A stretch of 64,000 nt of DNA from Octopus vulgaris (GCA_951406725.2 OX597828.1:70618001-70682000); one strand, 5' to 3'. Counted from the first letter of the stretch, positions 28,338 through 44,003 are shown. Notes: generated from the letters alone by a model not told the origin. Made by a program: numbers and translations.

Positions 28338-28652
28338 TGTGGTAAGTAGCTTGCTAACCAACCGCATGGTTCCGGGTTCAGTCCCACTGCGTGGCAGCCT
28401 GTCGTATATATGTATATATATATATGTATGTGTGTTTATGTGTTTGTGTGTCTGTGTTTGTCCTCCTAGCATTGCTTGACAACCGATGCTGGTGTGTTTA
28501 CGTCCCCGTCACTTAGCGGTTCGGCAAAAAGAGACCGATAGAATAAGTACTGGGCTTACAAAGAATAAGTCCTGGGGTCGATTTGCTCGACTAAAGGCGG
28601 TGCTCCAGCATGGCCGCAGTCAACTGACTGAAACAAGTAAATGAGTAAAAGA
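28338..28652 (+). mobile_element. SINE family A
   Basis: Head, deleted core, full tail to GACTGAAACAAGTAAA. Confidence 0.85.
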
Positions 28653-29496
28653 GTATATATATATACACACCCACATGTATGTACGCTCATAGATTTATTC
28701 TCAAGTGTTCTTGTAGACGAATATGTTCCTACACGAGTACTGAGTGACGTTCGGTGCCATATTTGAGGATCCAAGGACATGCAAGTGAGTGCAAGAAAAT
28801 ATCCATCAAATGGATAAGTTATTGTCTGCGTGTTACTCTATCGATCCCAATAATTGAACCACTGGTTCGTATCCGATTTATCTCAATTTCATTATCTCGC
28901 TTTGGTTCCTAATTCTAAATTTTTACTTTTAATTATTTCAAATTTTAACTACCATGAAAATCATCTTCCTTGTTCATATCAACATCACACGAACACGTGA
29001 CATATGCTGACCAATCAGAAAATTATATTCTGCCAACCATGTTGTATACTGTCCTATGTCTCTGGAATTTTGGTTAACGCAAATATGATTGCTTCTCGGG
29101 GCTGGGAAATTTCTGTGAAGAAAATTTTGTCTGAAGTGGAAATTGTGTTAAGTGAAATTATCGCTAAACGATTTACGCGTTAAAAGATGTCAGTATTAAG
29201 AGGTGTTCAGTATTCAGTGAACATCTTGTTTAAAAGGTGAACAAAACGTGAACAACAGAGTACCGCAATGTTATACATTCAACTCTTACATGCTGTACAC
29301 TGATATACGGCATCGTTATACACTACACTGTTATACATACTGTACTGCTATACGCCAAACTGCCATACAACGCTCCTGTTCTGTTGTATAACTTTATATA
29401 TGACACATGAATATACTTATACATCGTTTCGCTTGTTCTCTCACGCATATCGCATAAATACACTCTTACACACACACACATTAACAGAGAAAACAG

Positions 29497-29542
<46 letters not shown>

Positions 29543-29909
29543 ATACTGGTCTCCAAACTCATTGTCGCAAACACCTCGCACACACAGTCATCTATATATA
29601 TATATACATACACACACACACACCAGCACCACCAACACCCCCAAGAATCTCACTACCAAACACCACCGCCACTACCAATACCGCCACCCCTCCGCCATCG
29701 ACTACAACAAAAGCAACAACAACATCTCCCCACTATTTATTCAGCTGCCCAATAATATTTCGCAACTTTTATAACTTCTTCAGATATTTTTGTTGACATC
29801 TTTCACACATTTACACACACACACACACAAAACACACACACGCACACACACACACATACACACATATACACACGCACGCATATGCACACACAATTTATCA
29901 CTACTTATA

Positions 29910-29955
<46 letters not shown>

Positions 29956-30116
29956 TGTATATACAGACACATACATACATGTATATATGTATATATATAT
30001 ACACACACATATATATATATGTATGTATGTGTCTGTACATGTATATGTAGCAATGCATGCTTGTACATGTATATATTTAAAACACTCACACGCACTTGCG
30101 CGCGCACACACACACG

Positions 30117-30153
<37 letters not shown>

Positions 30154-30283
30154 ATATACATACACACACTCAAGTGTTCATGTAGGCATATATGCGTGTA
30201 TGTATGTATATGTACATACATGCAGACGGACAAACAGACAGACAGACAGACTGACGGACAGATAGATAGATAGACAGACAGAC

Positions 30284-30422
<139 letters not shown>

Positions 30423-30570
30423 CAGACAGACACACAAACAGACAGACTAGTAGGGAAGTAGGTAAGGAAGATTCATTCAAATTTAGTGGAGAAGAAAAAC
30501 GAAGAACAAAAAGCAAAAAAAAAAAAAGGAAAAAGAAAGAGAAGAAAAGAGGAGGAAGAAGGAAAAACAG

Positions 30571-30623
<53 letters not shown>

Positions 30624-31519
30624 CATCAGGTGTAGAAGCGTAGAGTAGACAGGTGTTTGGATTAAGGAGAGGTATTCGGACAGTAAATAAGATGTTTACA
30701 TCTTTGTAATCTAAACCGTGTAATGGACCCGACACAACTCTGTGTGCGTGCGTGTGTGTGTGTGAGTGTGTGTGTGTGTATATATGCTTGTGTGTGTGAG
30801 AGTTTGTGTGTGCGAGTGTATGTGTTTACACACGTATATGCGCATGTATACATATGTACACACATACATATGCGTATACGTATATCTATATAGGTATGTA
30901 TATGTGTATATGTATACAAATATGTGTCTACATAAACACGTGTATACAGGCAATCGTACTCATACGTTTATAGATTCGATTTGAAATGGTTGTGATATAC
31001 AGGCCAATAAAACAGATATTGGGGTAAAAAAAATCACGTTGAAAACACATGTCTACCCCCAATAAATGTCGCTCCCAGAGAACTGCAACGCTTCTGTAAA
31101 ATTATTTGAAAATTAAAATAACTGTAAGGACCCTGAAATAGGGGTCTCAAAATGTGACATCTAACAAGGGTACTTATGATCACCGGAGCTTTCAGAGCTA
31201 TACCAAATAGCGCTCTAAAACACAGTGGCCCAATACCAGACAACCCCGAGGTAACAAACCTACAAAACATTGTTTCCGTGGGTACTGCCCTCATCCTAAG
31301 AAAAACAATAGCGACTTGAAAATACCTGATTCCCTTAAAATTCTTTCAAACCTAAAATATTACAAATTTAACAGAACCCTAGTTTTCAGATTCTGAATTC
31401 GTACCCGTATAATATAGCATGACTAATAATAAAAGACATCGATACTAAAACGACCAACTTGTTGTTATTGGAGGTCTCTGGATGAGACTTGTAACAACTC
31501 GAAAAAAAAAAAAAACATA

Positions 31520-31964
31520 GCATCACTAAAGACACAGGGCCTGAAAGCATGGTTGGTTGGGGGAGAAGTCGATGACGCAGACCCCAGTGATCAATTGGTA
31601 CATATTTTATCAACCCCGAAAGGACGAAAAGCCGGGGTCGATAAAATAAGTGCTAGTTGAACTCCGGGGTTGATACAATCGACCTAGACCCTCAATCGAC
31701 ATTGCTGGCCTTATGCCAAAATTTTACGTCATTGTGAGCTGGCGGAATCGTTTGCACGCTAAGCGGCGGCATATCGCCTGTCGTTATGTCCTGAGTTCAA
31801 ATTCCGCCGAGGTACACATGGCCATCCTTCCGCGATCGACAAAGTAAGTACGAGTTCAGTACTAGAGTCGATGTAATCGACTTACCCACCCTTACCCCCA
31901 AAACCACCACCACCATCACACACAAACACATACCGTCCCATGAAATTGCAGGCATTGTGCCAAA

Positions 31965-32018
<54 letters not shown>

Positions 32019-32230
32019 TTCTTTTTTTTATTAAGCAGGCTTAGCAGTAGTTTGTCCGTCTTCACATTCTGAGTTCAAATTCCTCCGAGGTCCACATTGC
32101 CTTTCAACCTTTCGGGGTTGATGAAATAAGTACCAATTACACACTGACGTCGATGTAATTGGCTAGCACCCTCCCCAAAAATTTCAGGCCTTGTGTCTGA
32201 AATTTTGTGGGAGAGGGCTAGTCGATTATA
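31520..32230. mobile_element. Cluster of 4-5 family B SINE fragments, both orientations
   Basis: Repeated GAGTTCAAATTCC/GGGGTCGATAAAATAAG blocks. Confidence 0.75.
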
Positions 32231-32493
32231 ATTATTATGAAAAAATGTAAAAGAATTCTACTACAGACAATATCTAGATAACAGACATGCATAAAAAGAG
32301 TAGGATTAACTGCGAAAGGGAGAGAGAGAAAAGAGAATATTCATTCAGACCCAGAAGAAGGGAGGTTCTCGGGTAGAATATGAAGCAGAGTTTTAGTTTT
32401 TTTTTTCTTTTTCTAAAGAACGATGCCCCGAGTAAAAAGAGAATGAAAATTCTCGAAGAAGAACTTTGACCGATATATCGAAAATTCCTTTCT

Positions 32494-32534
<41 letters not shown>

Positions 32535-32748
32535 TATATACATACAAATATACATACATATATACATACATATACACCCATGTATTTATGTTTCATCATA
32601 TGTGCGAACGCTTATAACCAGTAGCATAAAAGCTTGTATGTACATATACTTGTGTATATGAAAGCACATATTTACACACGTGTACACATATAAATATATA
32701 TACATGGCGTGGTTTAATGTGTGTACTAGTTTATACACACATATATGT

Positions 32749-32836
<88 letters not shown>

Positions 32837-33105
32837 GTGCGTATGTAGAAACATACATATACCCAACCACACCTGAGTGCGACTATATGTGAGAATATCA
32901 ATATACATTTGTGTTTAAACTGGTATATAATGAAGTGTATAGACGTATGTCAGTAAACATAATAATGTTATATACAAACTCTTAAAATATTTGACATTTG
33001 TCGCAGTTTGCTCACACAATTATACATACATGCATACAACATAGACGCGCACATACATGATACTTACATGTTTTAAAGTGTATATATATATATCTGAATG
33101 TGTGC

Positions 33106-33146
<41 letters not shown>

Positions 33147-33353
33147 TAGATAGATAGATAGCTAGATAGATACATACATACATACATACGTGCAAACACA
33201 CATACAAGCTTTCCTATGTACATATATATTTATGACTGTATATATATTTACATGTATATGTGAATATTTACATACACGCATATACACACGTCTGTGTGTG
33301 CGTGGCGGGCTCGCAGGACGGAGGAAACAGAACCTAATACATGTGTGTGTGTA

Positions 33354-33405
<52 letters not shown>

Positions 33406-33406
33406 C

Positions 33407-33465
<59 letters not shown>

Positions 33466-33470
33466 TAGAG

Positions 33471-33527
<57 letters not shown>

Positions 33528-33569
33528 TGTATATTATGCACACGCATATGCATCCTTACACCAACAGAA

Positions 33570-34100
33570 AGCGCCCTCCTGTTTTTGTCTTCATCGATCT
33601 ATTAGCACCTTCCTCTCCACCCTTACCTTTCTCTCCCAATGAACCTGAACAAATTGATGATGACAATGGTTGAGGAGAAAAGGTCTACTTTCAATCTTTA
33701 TAATTTTGTCCGCCTCGCAGTCTTTTTCGCCGTAGCCCCCAGGAGGCAAACCTTCCGGTTATTCGCGGTGAAAGTTAGACGATGGCTGCTTCTTACAATG
33801 AACTCGGTTGATGGTCGATACCTTTGTCGATTCTACAACAGCCGTCGACATAATTGCTTGTGGCAGCACTTCTCCAACAAGAACCTCTGCGTGCGGGACG
33901 GCTTCAGCGGTCTGCATGCATCTCGACAGGTATTACCAGGCCAGGAGTTTCTTGAAGTTGTCTTTTGTTCCCGGGTTGAAATTCCTTCGGAATATTCTTT
34001 TCAGTAGATCTTCATCGACGCCTGAATCGTCGCTGCCATTTCTCACCACCATCATTCGACAGAATGAAAGAGGAGACCTACCATCAATCACATGGTCTAA
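33570..34100 (-). pseudogene. Decayed L1/Tx1-like LINE ORF2 C-terminus
   Basis: Minus strand fragments DNFKKLLAW* and C(fs)RCMQTAEAVPHA resembling the C-x2-C...E-T-x2-H zinc knuckle. Confidence 0.5.
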
Positions 34101-34254
34101 ATCAGTTGTTTTCCACCTTTTTTTTTAATCCCTATTTCATTCTATGGACTCCCACAACCATTCGATGTACATCAACAAAAAAACCCCACGGTATTTTAGA
34201 ATTAAAAGTTCTTAAGAATTGTATAAAAATTTTTTAATGCTTTGTGAATTTTTT

Positions 34255-34655
34255 CTTTTATTCTTTTACTTGTCTCAGTCACTTTGACTGTTGCCATGCT
34301 GGAGCATCGCCTTTTAATCGAAGAAATCGACACTCGGACTTATTTCTTTGTAAGCATGGTGCTTATTCTATCGGTCTCTTCTTCCGAACCGCTAGGTTAC
34401 GGGGACGTAAACACACCAACATTGGTTGTCAAGTGATGGTAGTGGGGCGACAAGCACAGACACAAACACTCACACACATACACACACACACACACACACA
34501 TATATATACGACGGACTTCTTTCAGTTTCCGTCTACCAAATCAACTGACAAAGCTTTGGTCGGCCCGAGGCTATAGAAGAAAACACTTGCCCAAGGTGCC
34601 ACGCAACGGGACTGAACCCGGAACCATGTGGTTGGGAAGCAAGCTTCTTACCCTA
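34255..34655 (-). mobile_element. SINE family A, near full length
   Basis: Head to tail match to other copies. Confidence 0.85.
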
Positions 34656-35252
34656 CCACCTGATGAGGTCTTCATCTGAGCGAAGACGAGTTGAGGGAAA
34701 TCATTCTTGTCAAATGGCAACCAAATCCAAAACTATTCGTTTCCAGTAATCCACGACCCACGGAGCCCTCCACGGAAAGCTTTCACACCACAGTCCTTGA
34801 GTCCAAGGACACATCTATCTCCAACAAGTAGCGAATGATAGCAAAACATTGATGGTCAGTGCGTCTATAATCCACAGTATTCACCGCGGAAAGTAGACGA
34901 TTAACCATGGAAACGCTGTTCTAAACACTGAACGGGTACAAAATAACACAAATAGTACACACTAGTCTCAAACAAATTTAGTCATCTGATGAATGATGAA
35001 TAAATCAGTCGATGAAACATTGAAATTGCGGATGTAATGTCTATACCAATCTCATTGTCCCTGCTTAATGTACAGAGGCAAGAACACACGCCAACATTAC
35101 TGCGTCCAGAAGATGAGACCACGAAAAGTTAGGAGGTAGTTACACTCTCAAGTATATCTTTGTCCAGAAGATAAAACAAAGGAGATCTGGAAAGGACTTC
35201 ATTTTCTGGATGGTGTATGTATGTATTCACGCACACACACACACACACACAC

Positions 35253-35341
<89 letters not shown>

Positions 35342-36199
35342 TGTGTGTGTAATATTATATGTGTGTATGTATGTATGTATTTTTTCTTCCTTTTCATTTT
35401 TATTTTATTTTTCTCATTTTCTTTTCATTTTTACAAACCTTTCTTTTCTTCTTCCCTTCCTTTCTTTCTTTCTTTATTTTCTTACTCACTTTCTCACTTT
35501 CTCTTTTCTTTCTATTTTGTCTTTCTCTTTCTCTCTCTTTCTCACTCTCACTATCTCCCTTGTTTCTTTACTATCTCGCATTCTTTCCTTCTCTCACACA
35601 CCAACTCACCCCATCACGCCTCACGCTCCACAATTCCCACCCTCTTTTCTTTCCTTTCCTCTCCACTAACAACAACAATTCTTCTCTATATTTCTATCTC
35701 CACCGCAACTTTCTCCGCCATTATTGCTTTCTACGAGTAACACCAATCTCGGCCATTGTCAACACCTGCTCACGTGAACCTGCGCAGTTGAGGTCAGCGC
35801 AGAATACCTTTCTCACCGTTATTTTCTCCGAGTTCAGTCAAGCGGTAAACGAGAGAAATACAAAAGCCAACAGTTTCATTTAGAAGAACCGTCACGACAG
35901 CACAATCAACGTGTGAGATTTTCCCATCGATAGGTGGAGCTGATCATTGTCTTTATTCAGCGTTTGTTTGTGAGTGTGTGCGTTTGTGAGTCTATCTGAT
36001 AGAATCGATAAAAGGCCGGACAAAATGACGTGTGGTTGGTCTTTTTGCGTTCGAATCCCGCTTGGAATGACTTTGCTTTTCATCCTTTCAATAAGAGATC
36101 GATAAAATACGTGACGCACTAACTGGCACTCCGCCCCTTACACTCGGATCGATTTAATCCATTGAATGTCTTTTCACTGTATCCATGTTAAAAATCTAT

Positions 36200-36640
36200 A
36201 TTGTGTGTGTGTATGTATGCATGTATGTACGCATGCATGTGTGTATGTATGAATGCATGTATGTATGTATGTATGCATGCATGCATGTATGTATGTATGT
36301 ATGTATGTATGTATGTATGTATGTATGTATGCATGCATGCATGCATGTATGTATGTATGTATGTATGCATGCATGCATGTATGTATGTATGTATGTATGT
36401 ATGTATGTATGCATGCATGTGTCTATGTATGTATGTATGTATGCATGCATGTGTCTATGTATGTATGTATATATACATGCTTGTATATACGTATGCATGT
36501 ATGTATGTATGCACGCATGCATGTGTCTATGTATGTAAGCATGTATGTATGTATGCATATATGTATGCATATATGTGTGTATGTATGTATGCATATATGT
36601 GTGTATGTGTGTATGTATGAATGTATGTATTCATGTTTGT
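36200..36640. repeat. (TATG/CATG)n microsatellite
   Basis: Direct read. Confidence 0.95.
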
Positions 36641-38462
36641 ATGATGGCTTTCTATACTGTTTCGCCCCATCAAATTCATTCGCATGGCATCGGTCGATTC
36701 GGTGCTTTGTGTGAAGACACATGCACAAGGTACCACGCAGTGAGACTGAACTCAAAAAAACCACATGGCTGCAAAATGAGCCTCTTAATACACACACACA
36801 CACACACACTCACATGATATTTATATGTTTAACTATAAATATTGATAAAATACATCAGAATTCTGTTTTCGAAGAGCAATATTTCAAACATATTAACGCA
36901 AACGAGTTGAAATGAAACTGCAGCAAGTCATACAGTTTTAATTGAATTTTATGGATGTTTTCCCCAAATTTTTCTACCCTGAACACGATTATATTTCTGG
37001 GAGATAAGGATACAAAAATACACATTTATCCCATTAACCAGCAGGCTGCAGGAAAGAAGTCGTTTGAAAATCCTTTTCATGATATTCGACAAATGTTTAT
37101 AGCTGTATGTAACAAATCCCGAAATTTGAATTCAATTTCAAACTTAAATTTATGGAGATACCCGGCGTTGCCCGTGTTACATACAATTGAAGAATTAGAC
37201 TTTTCTGTTATATTTTCTTTAGTGAACTGGAATATCTATGTTTCGAATTTCATCAAAATTGCAGATGAGGGTTATTTCCCTCTTTACACACCCAAACAAA
37301 ATTGCAATCGTGCCACATATATCCCATACTACTGATTTTTATGCGCATATTCCAAAATTCCAGTCTTATTGAACCTGTTAAAAAGATTTTGCTCCCGAAA
37401 AACGATGGTCATGGAGCTCTAAAATGTGAGAGTTAAGGCCCCTGTTGGGGCTGGGGATCTTAATGTCAACAAAAGAAGTTGAATTGTTGAGAATCTTTTA
37501 AAATTGGGTCTTATATCTATTGTTTGAATTTCTTTGAAATAGGAAATATATGTTCACTGGGTGTAAAAGAGAGCAAAGCTACAGGAAACCAAAAGACGAA
37601 TGATCACAACAAGCAGTCAGTTACCCTACCCTAGTCGTTACCACTCCCAATGTAGGATTCCTCACCATGCAGGTGACAGGCACAGCCGTAAGATGCATTA
37701 CGTATCTATAGCAATTGGAAAGGCGTGACCCAACTGAAATAAACATTAACAACTGTGTGACGTGAGGGCTAAGGAGAAATGAAAGTTGGAGTTTGCAAAT
37801 GACCACTATAGTGATATGTAACTGGACAGAATAAATATAAAATCTATAAATGTCTTTGAATAACCAGTCACTCATCTGGGAAAGCCTTGAAATCAATGTT
37901 ACCATCTGGGGACTATGTGTGACCGAAGTGATAATAAAAAGACTGAAAGGAGGTTTCCAATCAAATAACTTTACTCAACACTTTGCAACTGAATCAGTGG
38001 AGGCAAAGATGCCTCTCATTTACTTGACAATTTATGCACCACATTTCAGAAATTACAGTGTAAGTGTATGTCAAAGCAAACTGTTACACTGTTGTACCAT
38101 TGAATTAGAAATACTGCTCAACTTTTATGCTCGGGTAACCCTACAGCTTCCAAGAGCACAACTGTAATCGTTTTTGCTTTGATAAAATGACAAAATTGTG
38201 GGTGTTAAGTTCCCATGGAGGGGTCTTTATAACTTGTAAGAAGATGAACTTTTATAAATAGTAGTTCATTTGTGTCTAATATCTATGGTTAAAATTTCCT
38301 CAACAGTAAAAATATATGAATTGCCATGGGGCTTATGGCCCTTATGCATAGAATATAATTTCCAAATTTCATAAAGATACATTTAGTACTTTTGACATAG
38401 TTTTGGATCATAATAGAAATGACTAAAATTTGGGAGTTAAAGCTCCCATTAGTGTCTTTTAT

Positions 38463-38555
<93 letters not shown>

Positions 38556-38821
38556 AAGATAGATAGATAGAAAGATAAATTGATAGATACAACTGAGTGG
38601 GCAAACAAAAATATGAGACACAGCCTAGTGCTTTTTTTATGTTGATAAGCCTGGTACTTATTCTATTTGTCTGTTCTTGTGAAACCAGTAAGTTAAGTGG
38701 ATGTAAATAAATGAACAGCAGTTGTGAAGCAATGTTGAGGGCAAAACAGAGAGACAAAGACACACACATACACTTACATATATACATACATATATATACG
38801 ATTGATTTGTTACAGTTCCTG

Positions 38822-39021
38822 TCTACGGGAGACAATGGAGTTGCGCATAAAATAATCTAGTCCGGCTTTTACATTTCATGTCCTAATACATCTCCTGCTG
38901 TGGCTGTGTAGTCATATCCTGGACAAACACTTCTTCTGGCAGGTACGGCAAATGTAGCGAAGACTAGGCCTGGCTGGTTGTAATGTCATACTTTCTTGTT
39001 GACGTATTTTCTTGTCTTTCC

Positions 39022-39075
<54 letters not shown>

Positions 39076-40482
39076 GTCACTATTTGTGTTCCCTCTTTTA
39101 CGGTACGTCGCCAATCTCCATGGTTGCTGGCAACTACTTCCCAGTTGGCATTTATAACCCTTTTGCAAACATCCTTGTAACGTAAGAACGGTCTTCCCAC
39201 AGACTTAGTGCCCCGAGCAAGCTCTCCGTAGAGTATGTCCTTGGGGATTCTGCCATCTTCCACACGGCTAACATGTCCAAGCCATCTCATACGTCTTTGG
39301 GTGAGGAGTGGAAAAATGCTTGGTATTCCTGCTTGCTTGAAGACATCTTTGTTGGGGACATGATTCTGCCATTTGATGCGAAGGATTTTCTGGAGGCAGC
39401 GCAGGTGAAAGTTATTTAGGCGACGCTCTTGGCGTGTGTATGGCGTCCAAGTCTCACTTCCATACAGTAGAGTGGCAAGTACACATGCCTGGTAAATCTT
39501 CATTTTTGTGGTCTTGGTCAGCTTAAAGTTGTCCCATGCCCGTTTGGAGAGTTGGACCCTCACAGCAGCTGCCTTGCCAATGCGTATATTGAGCTCAGCA
39601 TCAAGGGATAGGTTGTAGGTGACGGTAGAGCTAAGATAGGTAAACTTCTCCACCTCCTGTAGTCTGTGGTCTCCAATATGTATGTTTGGGATGTCCGATG
39701 TAGCCTGACCCATGATGTTGGTCTTCTTGAGGCTGATAACTAAGCCAAAGTCGCTACATGCTTGCTCAAAACAGTCGATGAGCCTCTGTAGGGCTTCTTC
39801 TGAGTGTGACACCAGAGCGGTATCATTAGCAAATAGCACGTCCTTGATCAGGACGCTTCTGATTTTGGTCTTGAACGCAGATGCGAGAGATTGAACAGTT
39901 TCCCGTCAATTCTACTGTGCAGAAACACTCCATCATCTGAGGTCTCAAAGGCATGTGACAGCAGCAGCGAGAAGATGCCAAATATTGTCGGAGCATGACA
40001 CAACCTTGCTTTGCGCCGTTATTTGGAAGGCGGCTGATTTTGAACCATTGTGCTGTATGGTGCCTTGCAAATCAGCATGGAAACATTTGATGATCCTCAG
40101 CAGCTTTGGTGGACATCCGATTTTTTGGAGCAGAATGAAGAGGCCTTTTCTACTTACCAAGTCAAAGGCCTTTGTTAGATCAATGAAGGCCATATATAAT
40201 GGCATTTTCTGCTCTCTGGACTTCTGAAGTTGGCGTATGGAGAATATCATGTCAATAGTTGATCTGCTTCTTCTAAAGCCACACTGCGATTCTGGATAAA
40301 TTCGAGAAGCAAGCAGTTTTAGCCTGGACAGGATAACGCGAGCAAAGGTCTTTCCAACAGTGCTTAGAAGAGATATTCCACGGCAATTGTTACAATCACC
40401 ACGGTCACCTTTGTTTTTGTAAAGCGTAATGATGTCAGCATCCCGCATATCCTGAGGGACTGTACCATCTCCCCAGCACTGA
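38822..40482 (-). pseudogene. 5'-truncated RTE-clade LINE (reverse transcriptase, frameshifted)
   Basis: KNKGDRGDCNNCRGISLLS, PESQCGFR..RSTIDMIF, FIDLTKAFD, LFANDTAL (FADD lost), LLYGSETW, RMRWLGHV; C-terminal YICRTCQKKCLSRI*LHSHSRRC; 3' CCATTGTCTCCCG. Confidence 0.92.
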
Positions 40483-41082
40483 CACATACATAAACACACA
40501 TATATACACACACATACATAGACACACATACATACATAGACACACATACATACATAAACACACATACATACATACATACATACATACATACATACATACA
40601 TACACATACATACATACACATACATACACATACATACATACACATACATACACATACACACATACATAAACATACATACATACATACATACATACATACA
40701 TACATACATACATACACATACATACATACACATACATACACATAAACACATACATACACATAAACACATACATACACATACATACATGCACATACATACA
40801 TGCACATACATACATGCACATACATACACATAGAAACATACACATACATACACATGCATACATACTCATACATACATACAGACATACACATACATACATA
40901 CAGACAGACAGACAGACAGACATGCATATACATATATACACATACATACATGCACATACATACATACACAAACATATACAGACACACACATATATATATG
41001 AACTCATACTTGCACAGGCACATACATTCGTACACACACACACACACACACATACACACACACACACACACATACACACACA
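40483..41082. repeat. (TACA/CA)n compound microsatellite
   Basis: Direct read. Confidence 0.95.
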
Positions 41083-41255
41083 TGACGTTGAACAAATTTT
41101 AAACATATATACACGCCATTTATAAAACTGCAAGTATTTCTCATTAATCTCTTTTGAAATAAACTCGTTTATCTGCGAATTAATCCACATATTTGAGGGT
41201 TTCTCTTAACAATTGAACTCTTTTGCCACGACTGGGACATCGGCCTTCCATTCCT

Positions 41256-41319
<64 letters not shown>

Positions 41320-41649
41320 ATGCCTGTCTATGTAAATATGGAGATACACGCACATATATATATATTCATATTTTTATGTATGCACAGATATGAACATGAA
41401 TACACATATACATGAATGCATTTAGGTGTGTATACACACACACAGAGACATATGTATGTATATATGTATGTATGTATGCATGAATGTATGTATGTATGTG
41501 TGTGTGTGTGTATAGAAAATCTTGTCAAATGCCATGGATTAAAGACTGGATTAGTAACAAATATCAGTAGCTTTCATTCTAACGAAATTTCTGTACCACA
41601 AAATGTGCGCGTGTGTGTGTATATGTGCGCGTGTGTGTGTGTGAGAGAG

Positions 41650-41686
<37 letters not shown>

Positions 41687-41890
41687 ATGCGTGCGCACGC
41701 GCATGTAGTTGTGTACATTGTGCTTCTATCTGAGAAAAACAAGTTCTTGGTGTTTTTTAGTGTAAACCGTACAAACATACTGTTCACTGCCAGGAAGAAA
41801 TTTGAAACTTGTTCATACACACACACACACACAACACACACACATAAACACACACACACACACACATACACACACACACATATGTATATA

Positions 41891-43144
41891 TTGGGTCAGC
41901 CCATAAATAATGCGATTTTTTAAAACTTATTTTTCAAAATTAAGATGAAGTTCTTTTTTAATCTAAAATATACTCTCCTTCCATCTATCTGGTAGACTTG
42001 TGAGACCCCTCTTCCAACATTCACTTGTCTGTGACGAAAAATACTCCTCCAGTACTGTTCTGACTTCGTCTATAGAATTCATATTTTTTCCATCCAAATG
42101 ATTTTGAAGACTATGGAATAAATGATAATCAGATGGGGCAATGTCCAACGAATATGATTGGTGGGGCATCGTTTCTCATTTAAACTGCTCCAGTCCTTGG
42201 AATGTCATCCATGTATGTGGCTGAGCATTATCCTGGTGGAAGAACATCTTTCCTCTTGAAACCAAAGATGGCTATTTTCCTTCTAGCGCTGACTTAAGCC
42301 ACTCAAGCTGCTCACAGTAGATCTCCTTTGTTATTGTTTGGTTTGGGTTTAAAAGTTCAAAGTGAACTAACCCTTTCATATCCCACCAAACAGATAACAA
42401 CACCTTACGTGGGTGAAGACCTTCTTTAGCCTGGGGTGCCAGTGTTTCTCCTTTCCCCACTCACTGTCTTTGGCGGTTGACATTTTTATAGGGAACCCAT
42501 TTCTCGTCACCAGTCACTATTTGGTCCAAAAAAGGTTCATTCGTGAGACGTGAAAACAAAGAAGAGCACACATTCACTCTCTACGCGCGATTAGACTCGG
42601 AAAGTTTGTGAGGAACCCATTGATCCAATTTGCTGACTTTTCCGATGGCACACAAATGTAGAATGGTTGAATGACCAAATCCAAGCTTCTCTGCTAGTTC
42701 CTCAACAGTTATGATGGGATTTTGTTCCACCAGGGTTTGCAGGACGTCTTCATTGAGTTCTACAGATCTTTCAGGACAAGGCTCGTCTTCTAAACTGTAA
42801 TTTCTGGCTCGGATTTTCTAGAACCACAATTGACACTGGCTTAAACCTATTATCCGATCTCCATATACTGCATTAATATTCCTCGCTCTTTCCGTTGCCT
42901 TGTTGCCTTTATTGAACTCAGAAAGCAAAATATGCTGAATATGCTCCTTTGTCACTTCCATTATAACTTTGAAAAAATAACTGTGAAAATCTAATTGTAC
43001 TCTTCAAAATTTGCACTAAGAATAAGTACAAGGTAAAATTACTACCTGCTTTTATAGTAAAGTGATGCAGGTAGTTTATCCCGTCCCCTTCCGACTTTTA
43101 GTTCATGCAATTGAAAAACACCATATTATTCATGGGATGACCCA

Positions 43145-43145
<1 letters not shown>
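41891..43145 (-). mobile_element. Full-length mariner (D,D34D-type) transposon, defective
   Basis: Imperfect ~30-bp TIRs TTGGGTCA(G/T)CCCAT(A/G)AATAAT; 1255 bp; TA at left flank. Confidence 0.92.
41958..42961 (-). pseudogene. Mariner transposase pseudogene
   Basis: MEVTKEHIQHILLSEFNKG..., WVPHKL, IVTGDEKW, HQDNAQPH, YSLDIAPSDYHLF, GEYILD*; internal stops/frameshifts. Confidence 0.92.
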
Positions 43146-43196
<51 letters not shown>

Positions 43197-43236
43197 GCAC
43201 ACACCACACATACACACACACTCACGCGTGCTGTGA

Positions 43237-43413
43237 ATACGAGCTACAATTAGTTTCAAGCCTCTGAAAATGCAATGATCAGACAACCTTGTATTGCGTG
43301 CTGTATATATCCAGCCAATCATTCAGCATGATTGCCCCAAAATACTCATCACTCTGTATAAGCTTGTTCGACCATCGTATTTTCAGAGGCATGAAACTAA
43401 TAATAACTCGGAT
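43237..43413. repeat. Diverged inverted repeat (old MITE?)
   Basis: ATTAGTTTCAAGCCTCTGAAAAT mirrored by ATTTTCAGAGGCATGAAACTAAT. Confidence 0.5.
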
Positions 43414-43573
43414 TAAATCATTTTACATATTAAATGATGTTTACGTTTCTCTGAACAGAGTACGTATTTATTTTATCCAATAACGGAACACTACACTATG
43501 TGTGTTCGTGTGTATACATACATTCATACATATCTATATACACACACACTTATATATATGCACTTATCTATGT

Positions 43574-43624
<51 letters not shown>

Positions 43625-43713
43625 TTGTATGTGTGTGTGTGTATACATACATGCATACATATATATATATATACAAACACACATACATACACATATATAT
43701 ATATATATGCACT

Positions 43714-43752
<39 letters not shown>

Positions 43753-43964
43753 GTACATATGCACATATCGTTTTTACAATAGAACTCGAAGTAGATAAAA
43801 CAATAGGCAATATCAATTAAATATTGGGTTAAAAACCCTTTTTTGATGGAAGGAGCCGAGAATCCCAGAAGCATTTTTTGGTCTTTCTTTACCCAAAAAT
43901 GTTTCTAAACCAATATTTTGTTATTTATAGCTTTATCTACTTTGAGTTCTTACGAATTATTTCC

Positions 43965-44003
<39 letters not shown>

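Noticed and set aside
34670-34700. CTGATGA-G-GTCTTC...GAAGAC hammerhead-like motif
   Set aside because: Followed by GAG, not GAAA; no stem III or stem I
36840-38290. Complex-sequence ORFs of 94-126 aa
   Set aside because: No recognisable domain or motif; likely old TE debris
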